Below, in pieces: positions 1 to 15,037 of a stretch of 64,000 nucleotides of DNA (the stretch's first letter is position 1; the number at the start of each line of letters is the position of its first letter). The DNA comes from Lama guanicoe (taxonomy: Eukaryota). The notes beneath the pieces are model-generated. The model was not told the DNA's origin, did no database searches, and was given only the letters and a program-made list of their open reading frames with translations. The translations under genes and the position numbers were made by a program. Where the stretch lies: NCBI GenBank assembly GCA_013239625.1, contig MU053557.1, positions 5,219,842 to 5,283,841 on the forward strand, read 5' to 3'.

Positions 1-1205
1 CCTAGAGGAAAACAGACAGGACACCCTTTGACAGAAATTGAAGCAATATATTTTTGATCGGTCTCCTAAAACAAAGGAACTAAAAGCAAACATGAACAAA
101 TGGGACCTAATTAAACTTAAAAGTTTTTAACAGCAAAGGAAACCAGTCAACAAAGCAAAAAGACAACCTACTGAATGAGAGAAAATATTTGCAAATGATA
201 TAGCCAATAAGGGGTTAATATCCAACATATATAAACAGCTCAATCAACTCAACATCAAAAAGAGAAACACGCCAATTACAAAATGGGCAGAAGAACTGAA
301 TTGACATTTTTCCAAAGAGGAAATGCAGATGGCCAACAGGCACGTGAATAGATGCTCAACATTGCTAATCATCAGGGAAATGCAAGTCAAAACCACAGTG
401 AGATATCAGCTCACATCTATCCAAAAGAACACAAATAACCAACGTTGGTGAGGATACGGAGAAGGGGAACTCTCCTGCCCAGTTGGTGGGAATGTAAATT
501 GGTGCAGTCACTGTGGAAGACAGGATGGAGGTTCCTCAAAAACCGAAAACAAACAAACAAACAAAAAAGACTACCCTATGACTCAACAATTCCGTTCCTG
601 GGTATATATCCCAAAAAACCAAAAACACTGATTTGAAAAGATACATGCACCCCTTTGTTCATAGCAGCCTTATTTGTAATTGCCAAGATACGGAAACAAT
701 CTAAGTGTCCATCAACAGATGAATGGATAAAGAAGGTGTGGTTATACATATACAATGGAATACTATTCAGCCGTAAGAAGAATGAAATATTTCCATTTGC
801 AACAATGTGGACAGATGTGGAGGGTACTGTGCTAAGTGAAATAAGCCAGACAGAGAAAGACAGATACTGTATGATATCATTTATATATGGAATCTGAAAA
901 AAAAAACAAAACTGGTGAATATTAAAAAAGAAGCAAGCTCACAGATATGGAGAATAAACTAGAGAGATAGTGATTACCAGTGGGGGGAGGGAAGAGGAAA
1001 GGGACAATATAGGGGTAAGGGATTAAGAGGTACAAACTATTAGGTATAAAATAAGCTACAAAGATATAATCTACAACATAGAGACTATAGCCAGCATTTT
1101 ATAACAATAAATGGAGTATAACCTTTAAAAATTGTGAATCATCATATTGTGCACCTGTAACTTACATAAAATTGTACATAACTATACTTCAATAAAAAGT
1201 AATAA
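1..1205 (+). mobile_element. LINE-1 3' portion (decayed ORF2 C-terminus plus 3'UTR)
   Basis: Remnant ORF2 peptides WWECKLVQSLWKT, PYDSTIPFLGIYPK, MFIAALFVIAK..CPSTDEWIKK with stops and frameshifts; AATAAA at 1191. Confidence 0.92.
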
Positions 1206-1459
1206 ATGGAAAAAAATGTTTAAAAGAGTCTGGAATTTTGCATGCTTCCTTTTCTCCGTAAAATTGTATTTCCGCTCGACTTCCACAACAGATTTTATCC
1301 TGTTTATATATGTGTGTGTGTGTATGTGTGTATGCATATGTATATCTATATATATCAATGAAAGACATTCAAATATATATATATATGAAATGTCTTTCAT
1401 TGATCAGCCCTTCATACTTATTTGTTACCAAATATGCCCATTAATTGAAATTATATAAC

Positions 1460-2330
1460 TAAAGATTTTTGCCTTTGACCACAGGTCTTCAAGTGGTAAA
1501 AACTTTTCTTTTGGATTAAGTTATTATTGTTATATGATTAACCAATACAACAAAATATATGATCTATTTTTATAAGTAATTATCAAACACTCAAATATTT
1601 TTGGAAATGCATCTATTAATGAGATAGAATGGGGCTGTAAAATTAATGAATGAATATTTTTATTGCAAGAATGAGTTAGAATTTAACATCTGTTTCAGGC
1701 CAATTTTTTATTTTTATAGATGCAAGTAATTAGAAACCTTGGGAATGGAAGGAGTTCTGTCAGAATGTCACTCCAGTCTTTCAAGTCTTCCAAATTAACT
1801 GTTAAAAATTATACTGTGGTCATTATTCTGAATAATCTATCAGCTGACGATTAGATTCTCCTTCAATTTTGTTTAAAGCAAACGTTAGACTCATTCACTT
1901 CCTCAGTTTCTGGGAAGACTGCCATAAAAGATTTGACCAAGAGTTTTCATGTGACTATTAATTGCACCCCTGACACTTTCTCTCCGGCACTTTGGTTAAC
2001 CCAAGATACTCAGAATCGCTTAGGTCAATTAAAACACTATTCATTTTAATATATCTTCCAGTGTTATATTTTTTATAAAGTGCTTTCATCATATAACAAG
2101 TTTTAACCATGTTTTCATCAAAACTTTGAAGCCACAGATTTGACTCATTTAATTTATGGAAATGTTTGCCATGTAACATAATTGGAAATGCCAATCTTTT
2201 ATTCTCAGCTAAAGCAGGCGAATCAGACTTGTTTCTGTCAGAAAGAATCCAATTTTATTTTTCAATTCATATAAGCAGGTTAGAATGCATCTTGATGACA
2301 CCGATCTTATTTTTTATTCTTAATTCTAAG
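1460..2330 (-). mobile_element. hAT (Charlie-type) transposase relic
   Basis: ORF fragment HKLNESNLWLQSF resembles the hAT/Charlie motif KLNELNLSLQG. A downstream ELLPFP resembles the hAT C-terminal LLPF motif. AT-rich and heavily disrupted. Confidence 0.6.
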
Positions 2331-3039
2331 AAAGGGAGAGGTAGATGGATAGGGATGTATGTAGACTAGACAGACAGAGAGATGGATGAAATCAGGAATT
2401 CAATCCTAATTAATGCACCTTGGCCCTGGTATCAGGGAGCAATCCCTGGACAGTGGTGCATTCTCCAAAGGAAGGAGGGTGTTCAGTGAGAAATGCCTTA
2501 GCTCCTGCTACCCCACTGTACAATCCAGGGCAAAATTCTCTGCTTCTGATGCCTTGTTTTGCTTTCAACTATTTCTCTATCTCTGTCTCTATATCTACAT
2601 CTCTATAGTTCAGGGAAGGCCCAAAGCCCTCCTTTGGGCTTATAATGCCATGATTAAAAGAAGCTTTGAGGACAGTATTTCAGATTGTCCCTGATTGATG
2701 CCCCAGAGGTCTCTGTACCATAGGCTTCAAGAAGGGGCGAGTGTTTGCTTTTATTTTATAACATGAGAGAGAAGTGAGGAACTGACCGTGGCTCACCGAC
2801 TGTGCTTTCCCAGGAAGATAATGTGAAAAGAGAGAACACCAGTTCCCTTGAGGCCCTCCAAGCCCATATTTGTTTTGGAAAGTTTAGGGCTGGGGTGTGG
2901 CGGTGGGAGGGGCATATTGTTCAGTCTGAAGACTTCCACGCTAAGACTACCTTGGCTTTTACAATGATGAAAGAAATCCTGCTTCTGGCTTTTTTAGGGG
3001 GGTGGGGGTGGAGCGGAATCCTTCATATGATTTCTTCGT

Positions 3040-3930
3040 AAAGTCTGTATGATATTGCGCTGTATGAAAGGACCATCGTGTATTTAACCCAGTCCCCCAT
3101 GATGGTTATTTTACATTTTTTTTCAATCTTATTCATGATTACAAATAATGCTGCAATGAGTCACTCTGTACATACTCTTTGGAGCACATATGGGTAGAAG
3201 TTCAGAGGGTAAATCCTAGATGTGGGATTGCTAGGTCAAAGAGTACAGGCATTTACGCTTTTGATGGGCAGAGGGCACTGCTATATCAGAAGCATGAACA
3301 CCCGTGCTCTCTGACCCAGCACTCCCACCTCTAGGCTTTACTGGCTAATGCTGCACCTGTTTACACTCCCACCGCAGGGACTAGGGCTGCCTGTTGTCCC
3401 TCCCTCTGCCCAGCACCTCGTGTTAGCAAGATCTTTGCCAACAGGAAGGGTGAACAGTTATATCTCCAGGTAGCTTTGTTTTGCACTCCTCTCACTGTGG
3501 GTAAGTCCGTCATCTTTTCGTATGTTTACACCTCAGTGTAATTCCTTTTCTGGGAAATGTCTGTTGATGCCTTTTGCTCATTTTTCTGTGGGATTATAGT
3601 CTTTTTCTTGAATTGGATTAACACTACTAAGGAAATTAGCTCTTTTTCTGTCTGAAGGGTTGCACAAATTTTCTCAGTTCATCGCTTGCATTCTGATTTC
3701 AGCTATGCCTTCTTGTGTGTGTTGTGTAGAAATCTCTAATTTTTATGTAGTCAGATTTACCAACCTATGGCTTTTGAATTTTATGTCACACTTAGAAAAA
3801 CTCACTCTAAAATTATTCTTTTTGATTCTCCCATGCTTTCTCTCTCTCTCTTTTTTTTTGTCTGTTTTCTCAATATTTTAAAATCCTTGATTCATCTGGA
3901 ATTTATTTTTCCTGTAGGAGGCAGACAGGA
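3040..3930 (-). mobile_element. Old L1 (L1M-type) fragment
   Basis: Typical reverse L1 phrases (cctagatgtgggattgctaggtcaaagag; ttgattcatctggaatttattttt). Confidence 0.7.
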
Positions 3931-3944
3931 ATCTGCTGTGACCA

Positions 3945-4680
3945 CCTGCGGCAGAATATGATATCCATTTGGTCTTTATCCCTGGTCCTCGCATAGAGCT
4001 CCTAAAACCCTTGGAGATTCCCACATGATGGGGGTGTCTTATCCTTCCCATGGTGCCCCCTTGGGGTTTATGCTAATGAGGTGACTTAGGGTAGGGTCCC
4101 TAGATGGGTTCAGGTAGGGCTGGTCACCAGAAAGATCAAGTGAAGAGAGGGATGGAACTTCCAGCTCTGTTGGCTGGCCTCTGAGAAAGGGGTCGGGGGA
4201 ACTGCAGATTAAGCTCTATCAAAATTCTTGAACAATGAGATTTCACAAGTTTCAGGGTTGGTGAATACACCCCAGTTCCATGGGGACGGAAACTCCTACA
4301 CTCAGGACTCTTCTCTCCTCACCCTCTCTTCGTCTGGCTGTTCTTCTGTGTTCTTTATAATGTCCCTTATAATAAGCTGGTAAACTCAAGTAAACGTTTC
4401 TCTAGTTCTGTGAGTCACTCTAACAAATTAATCAGACCCAAGGAGGGGGTCATGAGAACCTCCAGTGTACAGCTGGTCAGTCAGAAGCACAGGCAAACTG
4501 GACTTGCCGCTGGCGTCTAAAATAAAGTCAGTCTTGTGGGACTGAGCTCTCAGTCTAGTCCAGCCCTGATGCCATCTCCAGATAGATATTGTTAGTAGAG
4601 AGTTAAATTTCTAGGACGCCCAGTCAGTGTCTGCTGTGAACTGGAGAACTGCTTGGTGGTGTTGGAAAAAACCCATCAGA
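3945..4680 (+). mobile_element. MER21-like LTR
   Basis: atttggtctttatccctggtcc...agagctcctaaaacccttgga and cagtcttgtgggactgagc match the recalled MER21 consensus. Confidence 0.75.
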
Positions 4681-6077
4681 CCACCTCATGACGAGACCCC
4701 AACACCATTTATGAAGTTAGCCCTTCCTCCACTGGCATCAAACCCATTTCAGCACAGGCACAGTCTTTTGAGTCTGTCCACTGACCTGTCCTCCTCATGC
4801 CTAGGACTCCACTGCCTTTAGTTCTGCTGGTCCCTATGATTTCTCTTCTCTTTCAAATTTTCTGGCTATTTCTACACACTTACTTCTCATAAGAATTTTG
4901 CAATTGGCTCCCTAATTCTCCCCGAAATAAAATAGATATTTTCCCTGGAATAGCTCTAAAATGAATAACTGAACAGGGAGAATAAGACACTCTTGTAATA
5001 CTAAGTCCCCTGTCTGAGAACAGGCTGTTCTCTCTACTCCTTTGGTTCCACTGCTGCACAATTTTGAAATGCCCAGCAAGGAGCTGCTGGTCCGCCCGGG
5101 AGCAGCTGCAGCCAGAGTGTGCCTCCTTGTTCAGCGGGAGCAAGCCACACTGCTCCCCAGGGTGGGGGGGGGACCTCTGGGGAGGCCTGGTTAGACAACT
5201 TCAAAGCTGAAGGAAGGACAACCGGCCACTTGGCCCATCTTCCCTGAGCCTGTCCAGGCAGCCGCCCCTTCTCTGTTTCAGAGACTTGCAACATTTGCGA
5301 CTTAATTAAACCTCATCTCCACAGACACATCTGGGGTTAAAAAAACAACACTTCTTCGGAAACTGAGTCAGGCCTTGTCTCCTTTGACATCAACACCCAG
5401 GACCCATCCACCATAGGGGAGCCAGCGGACAAATTGGCTCGGACCACATATTCAAGGAAGGCCTCAAATGTACACTCTTCACCCATCATCAATTCAGGTG
5501 ACTCATGGAAGCACACTGAGACAACTAAAAGAAGATATTCACTAGAAAACTTAAAGTTGAGTCCCATTACCAGACCTCATGCCAGCAAGGCCTTATAAAT
5601 GTCAAATGTCACACAAATCATGTAACCAACTTATGAATAGCATGGCTGTACTGCAGGCCATTGCCATGTATAAAGGAACACGAAAAAAAATTAAGCCTAT
5701 ATATTTTGAGTGACGCTTAGCTGTCACTCAAACTGTAATTGGTATAATGCTCAAGTTTTATCCAAAACTTTAAAGTTATATCACTTTACCACCTAAATTC
5801 TTAATTTTAGGAGAGAGATACCTCAAACAGTGTAGTTTTTGCCTACAAAGAAGTAAAACAGTAGTCAACTGTCTTGCATTTTGTGCTAAAATAAAGATTA
5901 AACATATAATTTCTGCAATTCTTTTTTGGCATAACTTCATTATTTCCTATGTCGGAAACCTCCCAAGTGGAAAGTGTCCCAGGGCCCTCTGGAAGGCAGC
6001 GAGGCCTGTCAGTGCAGCATCTTGCTTTATGACCACAGGATTAAGAGGATCAGGGTTTAAGCCCTGTGTCAACTTAC

Positions 6078-6185
6078 ATAACGATTTCCTTCCGTGTCTG
6101 CTCCAGCATCATGTACTGTGTCCACTCCTGCTGAGTCTCATATGTTTTAGACTGATCCACGATCTTTTGGAACATTGTCCTCTTC
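6078..6185 (-). CDS. PDE6A: PDE6A exon 17 (108 nt)
   Basis: Manual translation: ttttag|(K)[35 protein letters not shown](M)|gtaagt. Confidence 0.96.
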
Positions 6186-6357
6186 CTAAAAAACACACCA
6201 GTTTGTTAAAGGAGCACATCTTTGAATAAGGCGACACCTGGCCTTCTAATGCTGGCTGTTTTAAACAGAGGCTTATTAAAACAACGTAATTAACAAAACA
6301 AGGTTAAAAAAAACCCAAGGCCTGGGAGTGAAGACCTAGCTTCTAACCCAGACTCTA

Positions 6358-6681
<324 letters not shown>

Positions 6682-6869
6682 CTAAAAAAAAAAAAAAACA
6701 AAAACCCACAGGAGGGATGTGAGAAGTAATGCTGGCAGTAAAGTCACCCAACTACCGAAGGCTACCCCACGCGATGGGAAGGGCGGCCCAGGCCAAGGCC
6801 TGGCCGCATGCGGGCTTCTTGCGAGAGGAGGGCCCTGCGCAGGCCCCACACCAGTGCAGAGGACCCTCA

Positions 6870-7004
<135 letters not shown>

Positions 7005-7931
7005 TCAACTTGGAATGGCTGAGATGACGGTTAAAGACATCATACAGTCCTTTCACCTCCGAATTCTGCAAGCAGAGAGGCTGAAGTCCAGGAATAAGAG
7101 AGAACTTGTCACTCAGTGAGACAGTGGGAAATAGGACTAGATGTCAGGGGCTTTGGCCCTGAGGCTTTAGCTTTCTCTAGGACTGATTCTGGGCCTCTTT
7201 GCAGTCATGGGCTCCCTAGAAAGCCTGTTGAATAGAATGGACCCTTATCCCCAGAAAAAGACTCAAACACACACACACAGCGCCACATGCAGTTTTAGAG
7301 ATTTACGCATCCATCCCTGTAGCCATCCATGGGTGGGCCAAACTTTGAAGCTCACCAAGCCCCAGGTCCTCTATACCTGAGTCTTAGGGGAGGCCAGTGA
7401 ATTCCCACAAGCAGTACATTTATTCATGTCTTTATTTGGTAAATATTTTTTGAGCATTTATTATGTGCCAAGCACAGAGATCAGAACTTAGTTTCCCATG
7501 GGGTAAAATGTAAGCACAGTCTACTTCAGAGCAGCAGGCAAGAAAGGAGAAGAACTCAGAAAGGATGTTCTAGGGCTTGTTAATGACTTATAGTCAGTTG
7601 GCCCCGGGCAGAGCCTCAGTTCCTCACTTATAATACAGGGATAACACTTGTCCCTGCTCTGCCAAGGCCCCAAGGTGGTCATGAGGGTCCACTGAGACTA
7701 TGGTTCAAGGACTCTGCTTCCGAGGCTGTCTGGAATATCAGTTCTGTGAAGCCAGCGACCGAGTCTGGGTTGCTCACCAGGGTACCTCTTTTGCCCAGCC
7801 TAGGGCCTACCACACGGATATTAGGAGCATTATACACACAAGGTGAATAAATGAACCATTATCAGTTACAAGTATCTTGGCTTAAATTAATTCAACAGGC
7901 AGGAAGGGAAGGAGCAGAGTGAGAGAATATA

Positions 7932-8393
7932 ATATATTAGTTTCCTGTTGCTGCCATAACAACTTACCAGGGGCTTTATGGCTTAAAACAGTTAAGATTT
8001 ATTATCTTACAGCTCTGGAGTCCAGGCATCTAAAATGTGTCTGCAGAGCTGCCTTCCTTCTGGAGGCTCTAGGGGAGAATCTGTGTCCTTGCCTTTTCTA
8101 ACTTCCAGAGGCCCCCTATATTCCTTGGCTTGTGGCCGATCCTCCTCCACCTTCAAAGCCAACAGTTTAACATCTTGTATCTTCTCAGATGTCCCACCTC
8201 CTTCTTATAAGGACCCTTCTGACTGTGGGGCCCACTCAGACAACCCAAGATAATTCCAGTCCAAGATTTCTCAGGATCCTCAACTTAATCACATCTGCAA
8301 GGTTTCTCCTGAAAGTCAGGCAGCATATTCCCAGTCTCCAGGCATTGGGATGTGGACATATGTGAACATCATTATTCTAGCACAGGTTTACAC
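7932..8393 (-). mobile_element. MLT1 (MaLR) LTR
   Basis: tattagtttcctgttgctgccataaca...tggcttaaaaca...tctggaggctctaggggagaatct. Confidence 0.8.
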
Positions 8394-8538
8394 CCAGATC
8401 CAAAGGGCAGGAGGAAGCGGGAAGCTGTGGGCAGCAGGACTTCCCCTTGGCCAGTGGGTCTGTCTGAGGGTCATTCAGCTCTGGGTAGTAAATCCCGGGA
8501 GCAGGAGGCAGAGAGGAGGGCCAGTAAGGGGCGACTCA

Positions 8539-8649
<111 letters not shown>

Positions 8650-8783
8650 CTAGAAAGGCGATCAGAGATGCCACTCAGTCCTTTCTTGGGAGAGTTGGAA
8701 GCAGGGCTGACAGGGCAGGCGTGAGGGAGATAGCCTGGAGCTTGGAAATATAGGTCTGATCTTGGCTGTACACCTGGAGCCAC

Positions 8784-8886
8784 AGGGTGACCACATGTTT
8801 GCTGGGACTGAGGGATTTTTCTGGGATGAGACTTTCTGTGCTGGAAAGGGACAGTCCCAAGCCAACAAGGATGGTCGGTCACCTTA
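8784..8886 (-). mobile_element. MER94-like hAT-Blackjack MITE
   Basis: Terminal inverted repeats agggtgacc...ggtcacct with an internal gggactgaggga motif. Confidence 0.7.
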
Positions 8887-9409
8887 CTGTCGAGTGACCT
8901 TAGCTGTTCCCATCTCTTGCTGGGCTTCAGTATCTCAATCTGCACACTAAAGGTAGAGGGCATTGGACTAGATGATTGTTGAGAAACTTGTAGCCCTTGG
9001 GTTTTAGGATTTAGAGGATTTGTGAACATGGCCAGACTGGTAAAACAAACTTTCCAAACCTGGTCTACTGGTTTAAGCACAGACCAGAAGAATGTTTCGG
9101 TGAGCCTCCTTCAAATACTTAACTCCTTGTTTACGCTCGGTATTGAAGTAAAGGGCGGAAAGAGCCCTGGGGAGGTGATGCAGACAGACTCTGTGACTCT
9201 ATGAAATAAATCAAGTCTAAGCGGTGTGTTTTTCACTTTCAGTGGCAGCTTGGCCAGAATTCCTGCCTCTAGGCTGTAGTGGTCTGACCTGACCAATCCA
9301 GCCAAGGAATGAGCATGAGGAGGCTAGGTCAGGGCAGAGGTTTGCGTCAAACGTGGTTGGGAAAACCCTTTTAAGTGAAGTGTAAGAACTCCAAACCCTC
9401 TGAGTCAAA

Positions 9410-9930
9410 AGGCCTGACACATATACACAAAGGCTATGTCCATTCAAGGAGACCGTGGCCCTGTTTATAAGTGAAAGATCAAAAACAACCCGCTGTCCAA
9501 CAATAGGGGGCTGAGTAAAGAAATGACGGTATGTGTTTAAACAACACAGAATAGAATGAGGCCATACAGTGAGATCATGGGTAAGCCTTGAAAACATTAT
9601 GCTAAGTGAAAAAAGTCACAGAAGGGCAAATACTCTATGAGTCTACTTATGTGAGGTATCTAAGTAATCGGATTCACAGAGACTGAAAAAAGAATGATGA
9701 TCACCGGGGCTGCGGTCAGGGGAAATGGAGAGTTGCATAATGTTGCTGTTTAATGGGGACAGGGTGTCTGTGGGGGAAGATGAAAAAGTTCTAGAGGTGG
9801 TGACTAGTGATGGCTGCACAGCACTGCAAACATACTTAGCGCCACTACACTGTACACCTATGAATGGTTAAAATGGTCAGTTTTAGGTTATGGATATTAA
9901 ACCCAAATAAAATGTGTATGTAAAGAATGC
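9410..9930 (+). mobile_element. L1M 3' end fragment
   Basis: ccttgaaaacattatgctaagtgaaa...gatgaaaaagttctagag...aatggttaaaatggt. Confidence 0.8.
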
Positions 9931-10344
9931 GATTAATAGTTATATGTTTTCAAATTTTAAAAAAAAGCATATTACATACTATTATTTAATTGATTATAAA
10001 CAAAATAAATGGTGTGTGTGTGTGTGTGTGTGTGTTTGAATAATTACATTTCGATGTTTCTAGAAGGAAATTTGGAAGGAGTTGCACCGCCGCCGTGGTT
10101 TTCTCCAAACATTGGACTGAGGGTTGAAGTAGAATGCAACTTTCTTCCACTTTTTATTTTATATACTTCTCCCTTCTTGGAATTCATGTATGCAAAGCGT
10201 GGGCTCCTTTTGCATATTTTATAAAAGCATTAGACAGAAAAAAAAAAAAGCGAATGCCTCTGGTGCCTGGGGAGCTGCACGAGGTGGTCTGGTGCGCGGG
10301 GGCCCCCAGCCTCCCGCGGCCCCGCCCCGCCCCCGCCGCCGTAC

Positions 10345-10452
10345 CACCAGCAAGGAGAACATGGTCTGCCCCACGTTGAAGCCGTGCCGCCAGTTGTGGT
10401 AGGTGATTCTGCGGTAGCCCTTACTCAGGGAGTACATGAACCGCACCAGGGT
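10345..10452 (-). CDS. PDE6A: PDE6A exon 13 (108 nt; catalytic YHN motif)
   Basis: ttacag|[36 protein letters not shown]|gtacgg. Confidence 0.97.
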
Positions 10453-10774
10453 CTGTAAACACACGCACATTAGTGAGGCAGCACGCGCGGCACCAGGGTC
10501 TCGGGGCCCTGCCTGCCGAGTCCCAGGCGCTCCAACCCGACCCTGGACCAGAAGTGGGAGCTAGGGATAGATGCGGTAAGGCTGTGAGGGCACTTTGCAA
10601 ACTGCTAGACACGATGACAATGGACGTGATTATGAAACAAGGATAAATGGGAGTTGCTCCACTTACTCCACAAATGAGTTTCATCAGTGATTCCCAAACT
10701 GTGCCCCAGAGAGCTACCACCCTGGGAGAAGCTAACAGGAGATGTTCAGGAGGGAAACTGAAGGAGCATTTAAA

Positions 10775-10875
10775 TCAGTGGTTCTCAAACTTGAATGCGA
10801 GTCAGAATCATCCTGGGAGGGGCACAGCGGGGTTGAGGGGGGCGTGTTAAAGCAGTTTCTGGCGCATTACAGCTG

Positions 10876-10909
<34 letters not shown>

Positions 10910-10990
10910 CACAGCAGCAAGAGACATCTGCATTTCTGATCCATTCTCTGGTGGTGCTGATGTGGTTGGGGCAACACGTTGAGAACTGCA
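10775..10990. mobile_element. MER5-like hAT-Charlie MITE containing a (TG)n microsatellite
   Basis: cagtggttctcaaac...ttgagaactgc termini; (TG)n at ~10879-10906. Confidence 0.7.
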
Positions 10991-11302
10991 GCTTTAATCA
11001 AAGAACTCTGGGAAATTCTGTGCATAATACACCCCCCATCCATCTCCACCTTCTCTATCCCCACCCTCCTAGATTCACAGCACATGGTAAGAAATCTTGC
11101 AGGGGAAAAAGTTCTGCTTAAATTGATTTAACCCACATTTCCCACTGTGTTTGACTGTTAGGACCATTTTGTGCATCCCATTTATCTACAGCCTTCAGAA
11201 CTCGGTGCCTCAGAACCCATCTTGAAAAACACCACAGTTCAGAGGAACCATGTGTCTCTTTTCTGATAAATGACTCATCTGTGCAACATGACTAATGCTT
11301 TA

Positions 11303-11971
<669 letters not shown>

Positions 11972-13529
11972 TCAGAGAGGCTGCCATTCAATAATTATTG
12001 ATGAGCAAATTCAAGGTCATGGGCTTTGGAGCCATGGAGACATACATGCAAATTCGAGCTTTGCCCCTTACTGGCAGTGTTATTTCATGCCTCAGATCCT
12101 CCATTTCCTCATCTGTAAAATGAGGGTAATAAAAGTACTGAACTGGTGTATTACATTGGATTGTGCAAAGTCATTTAAAAACATATACAACTAAATTAAA
12201 TAATGCGTGTAAATCACTTAGAGCAGTGCATGGCCCATAGTAAGCCCTAGAACTAAAAAATGTTGTTGATATTCTTGTTGTTGGTGTTACTGACTAGGGG
12301 TCAGGAGGCCTTGCTCATTTTCCTAGCTCTTCCTCTCACTTACTGTGTGACTTGAAGCAAGCGCATTCCCTCTCTGGGCCTATTTCCCCATGTACCAGAG
12401 GAGGGGGGAAATCTGAAGGCAATAACGTGTGTCAGATTTCTTGATCTAGAGCCCAGGCTATTAATTTTTAACTGGTTCACTGAGGCTATGCCTCCACAGA
12501 GTCTACATATCCATTATTTGGCTAAAATCATGGACTGAGACAAGGAAACCGTGAGCTACGTCATCCAAACTGGATATTTTCTCCTTTGAATTTTTCAGTT
12601 ATTAGGATCAAAATGATCAGATCTGTTGTGATATCCTCCCAGCTTAAGACATGCCCTCTGAGAACACTGCCTTGTGTTGTTTCAACTTGTATGGTCTATT
12701 AGCTAAAGTCATGGGAGCTTAGCTGGGCATCATAGCCAAAGCCATTTGGCTAATTTAATTTACTTCAAAAACCTTGATCTCTTTGAGACCAAAATCCCAG
12801 GAATGATGAGTCACTGAGTCTCACAAATCTTTGAAAGCATGTCATCCAATTTCCTACTCCAGGTAGGACTCTTCTCTGTAGCATTCCTTGTATATGATCA
12901 TCCAGCGTGTGCTTGGATACCTCTCATGACGGGGTGCTCATTCCTTCCTGAGGCAGCCCTCTCATAAGAGTGACAGAAAACTTGCTTATTATCCTGATAA
13001 AGTTTAAGTGAAACCTCTTTAACAAGCTTGGTGATATGGGAACAAGTTACCTATCCCTTCTAGGCCTCAGTTTCTTCATCTCTACAATGGGGATAAATAT
13101 CCTTATCCTACCCACCTTATTGGGCTATTGCAGGCATCCTAAGTGTGAAATTACCTTTTACACTGTAAAGTGATGAAACTTTGTGAGGGCTTCCTACCAA
13201 CATCTAACCCCCTCTGAACTATTTCTTTGCTCAGAAAGACTGAGCCTTCTAAATGAGCTGACCTCGTGGAGGGAGGCTCTGAGAAACTGACGATTGCCCA
13301 TTGGTCTGTCACATAGAGCTTCCTCTCAGAGTTGGCACTGGGATTGGTGACTCCATCTCTAGTACCAAGTTAACCCTGAGCACAGAGAGACATGGAGTTT
13401 CTAGAGCTGTTCAGCCAAGGTCTGGTCCTAAGGGTGAGGTGATCCTGTGAGGGGACAGCTGTGTCCAGGTCACACAGAGAAACCATTTCTAGAGTAGAAA
13501 CAAGAAAAAAAAATAAAAACACTACCCAC

Positions 13530-13673
13530 CAGGATTTGCTGGATTTCTTCATTGTCACACTTCACGTGATATTTGACCATGTCTTGAAAAATATCCTTCC
13601 TGTTTTCAAGTCTGTTCATTGACTCATAAGTGTCAGGATTTAAGACAGACCAGCCCAGGAATTGAGCCAAAGA
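13530..13673 (-). CDS. PDE6A: PDE6A exon 10 (144 nt)
   Basis: tttcag|[48 protein letters not shown]|gtgggt. Confidence 0.97.
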
Positions 13674-13985
13674 CTGAAAGGAAAGAAAGAATCAGAGGCA
13701 GAATCTCCAGGTCTGATCCTGCCTCTGTGACTGAGGGCAAGACTCTGTAAGCCTCCATCTTCTCAGCTATAAAATGGGTTTGATTAGCCACGTGCCCTCC
13801 TCAAAGAGACACTGTGAGGATAAGATAAAATAACAGACAGGAGTGCACTTGGAATAAAGCTCTGACACACACAGAGCATAGTTCTTATGCATAATAACTT
13901 CACAAAAAGGGAATGGGATGGGTGTATGTAGGAACAGGGTATAAGCAAACCCTGTAATTCCTGCTGTGAACCTGAACCTTCTTTA

Positions 13986-14480
<495 letters not shown>

Positions 14481-14813
14481 TCATTGGATTTTGCATGGTT
14501 TCAGTCACCAAAAGCCACGAGCAGGTTGCTCATCAGATAGCAATGCTGTTTTCATCCCCAAGCTGTCAGGGCTGTATGTGCCAGGCAGTGAGCTGTGGGC
14601 TGAGGATTTAATGATGGACACAAACAGTCCAGGGAGGCAGTGTTTCCGTTTCAGACATAGGAGCAAACTGCAGAGGACTGACTTAAAAGAGGCCATGATG
14701 GTGACACTTATAACTCTGAACTAATCAACAACATATAGCCTGCACCTTTTGCCTTTTGACCTGTTTTTCTGTGTCCCTTTTGTGGTTTTTGTTTTTTTTA
14801 AGTAACTGCTAAC

Positions 14814-15037
14814 TTTTTTAAAAAAATTGAAGTATAGTTGATTTGAATGTTGTGTTATTTTCAGATGTACAGCAAAATGATTTGGTTATATGTATATATA
14901 TGTATATATGCATATATGTATTTGATAATATGTGTGTGTGTGTATATACATATATTCTTTTTCAGATTCTTTTCCATTCTAGGTTATTGCAAGCTATTGA
15001 TACAGTTCCCTGTGCTGTACAGTAGGTCCTTGTTGGT
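14814..15037 (-). mobile_element. Short L1 3' end (artiodactyl-type)
   Basis: aattgaagtatagttgattt...ttcttttccatt...agttccctgtgctgtacagtaggtcct. Confidence 0.8.

Noticed and set aside
445..897. 63-aa and 80-aa ORFs
   Set aside because: Broken L1 ORF2 remnants, not a host gene
1..6077. PDE6A exon 18 and later exons
   Set aside because: No sequence encoding the expected AMMMTACDLSAITKPW segment was found; it must lie beyond the left edge of the window
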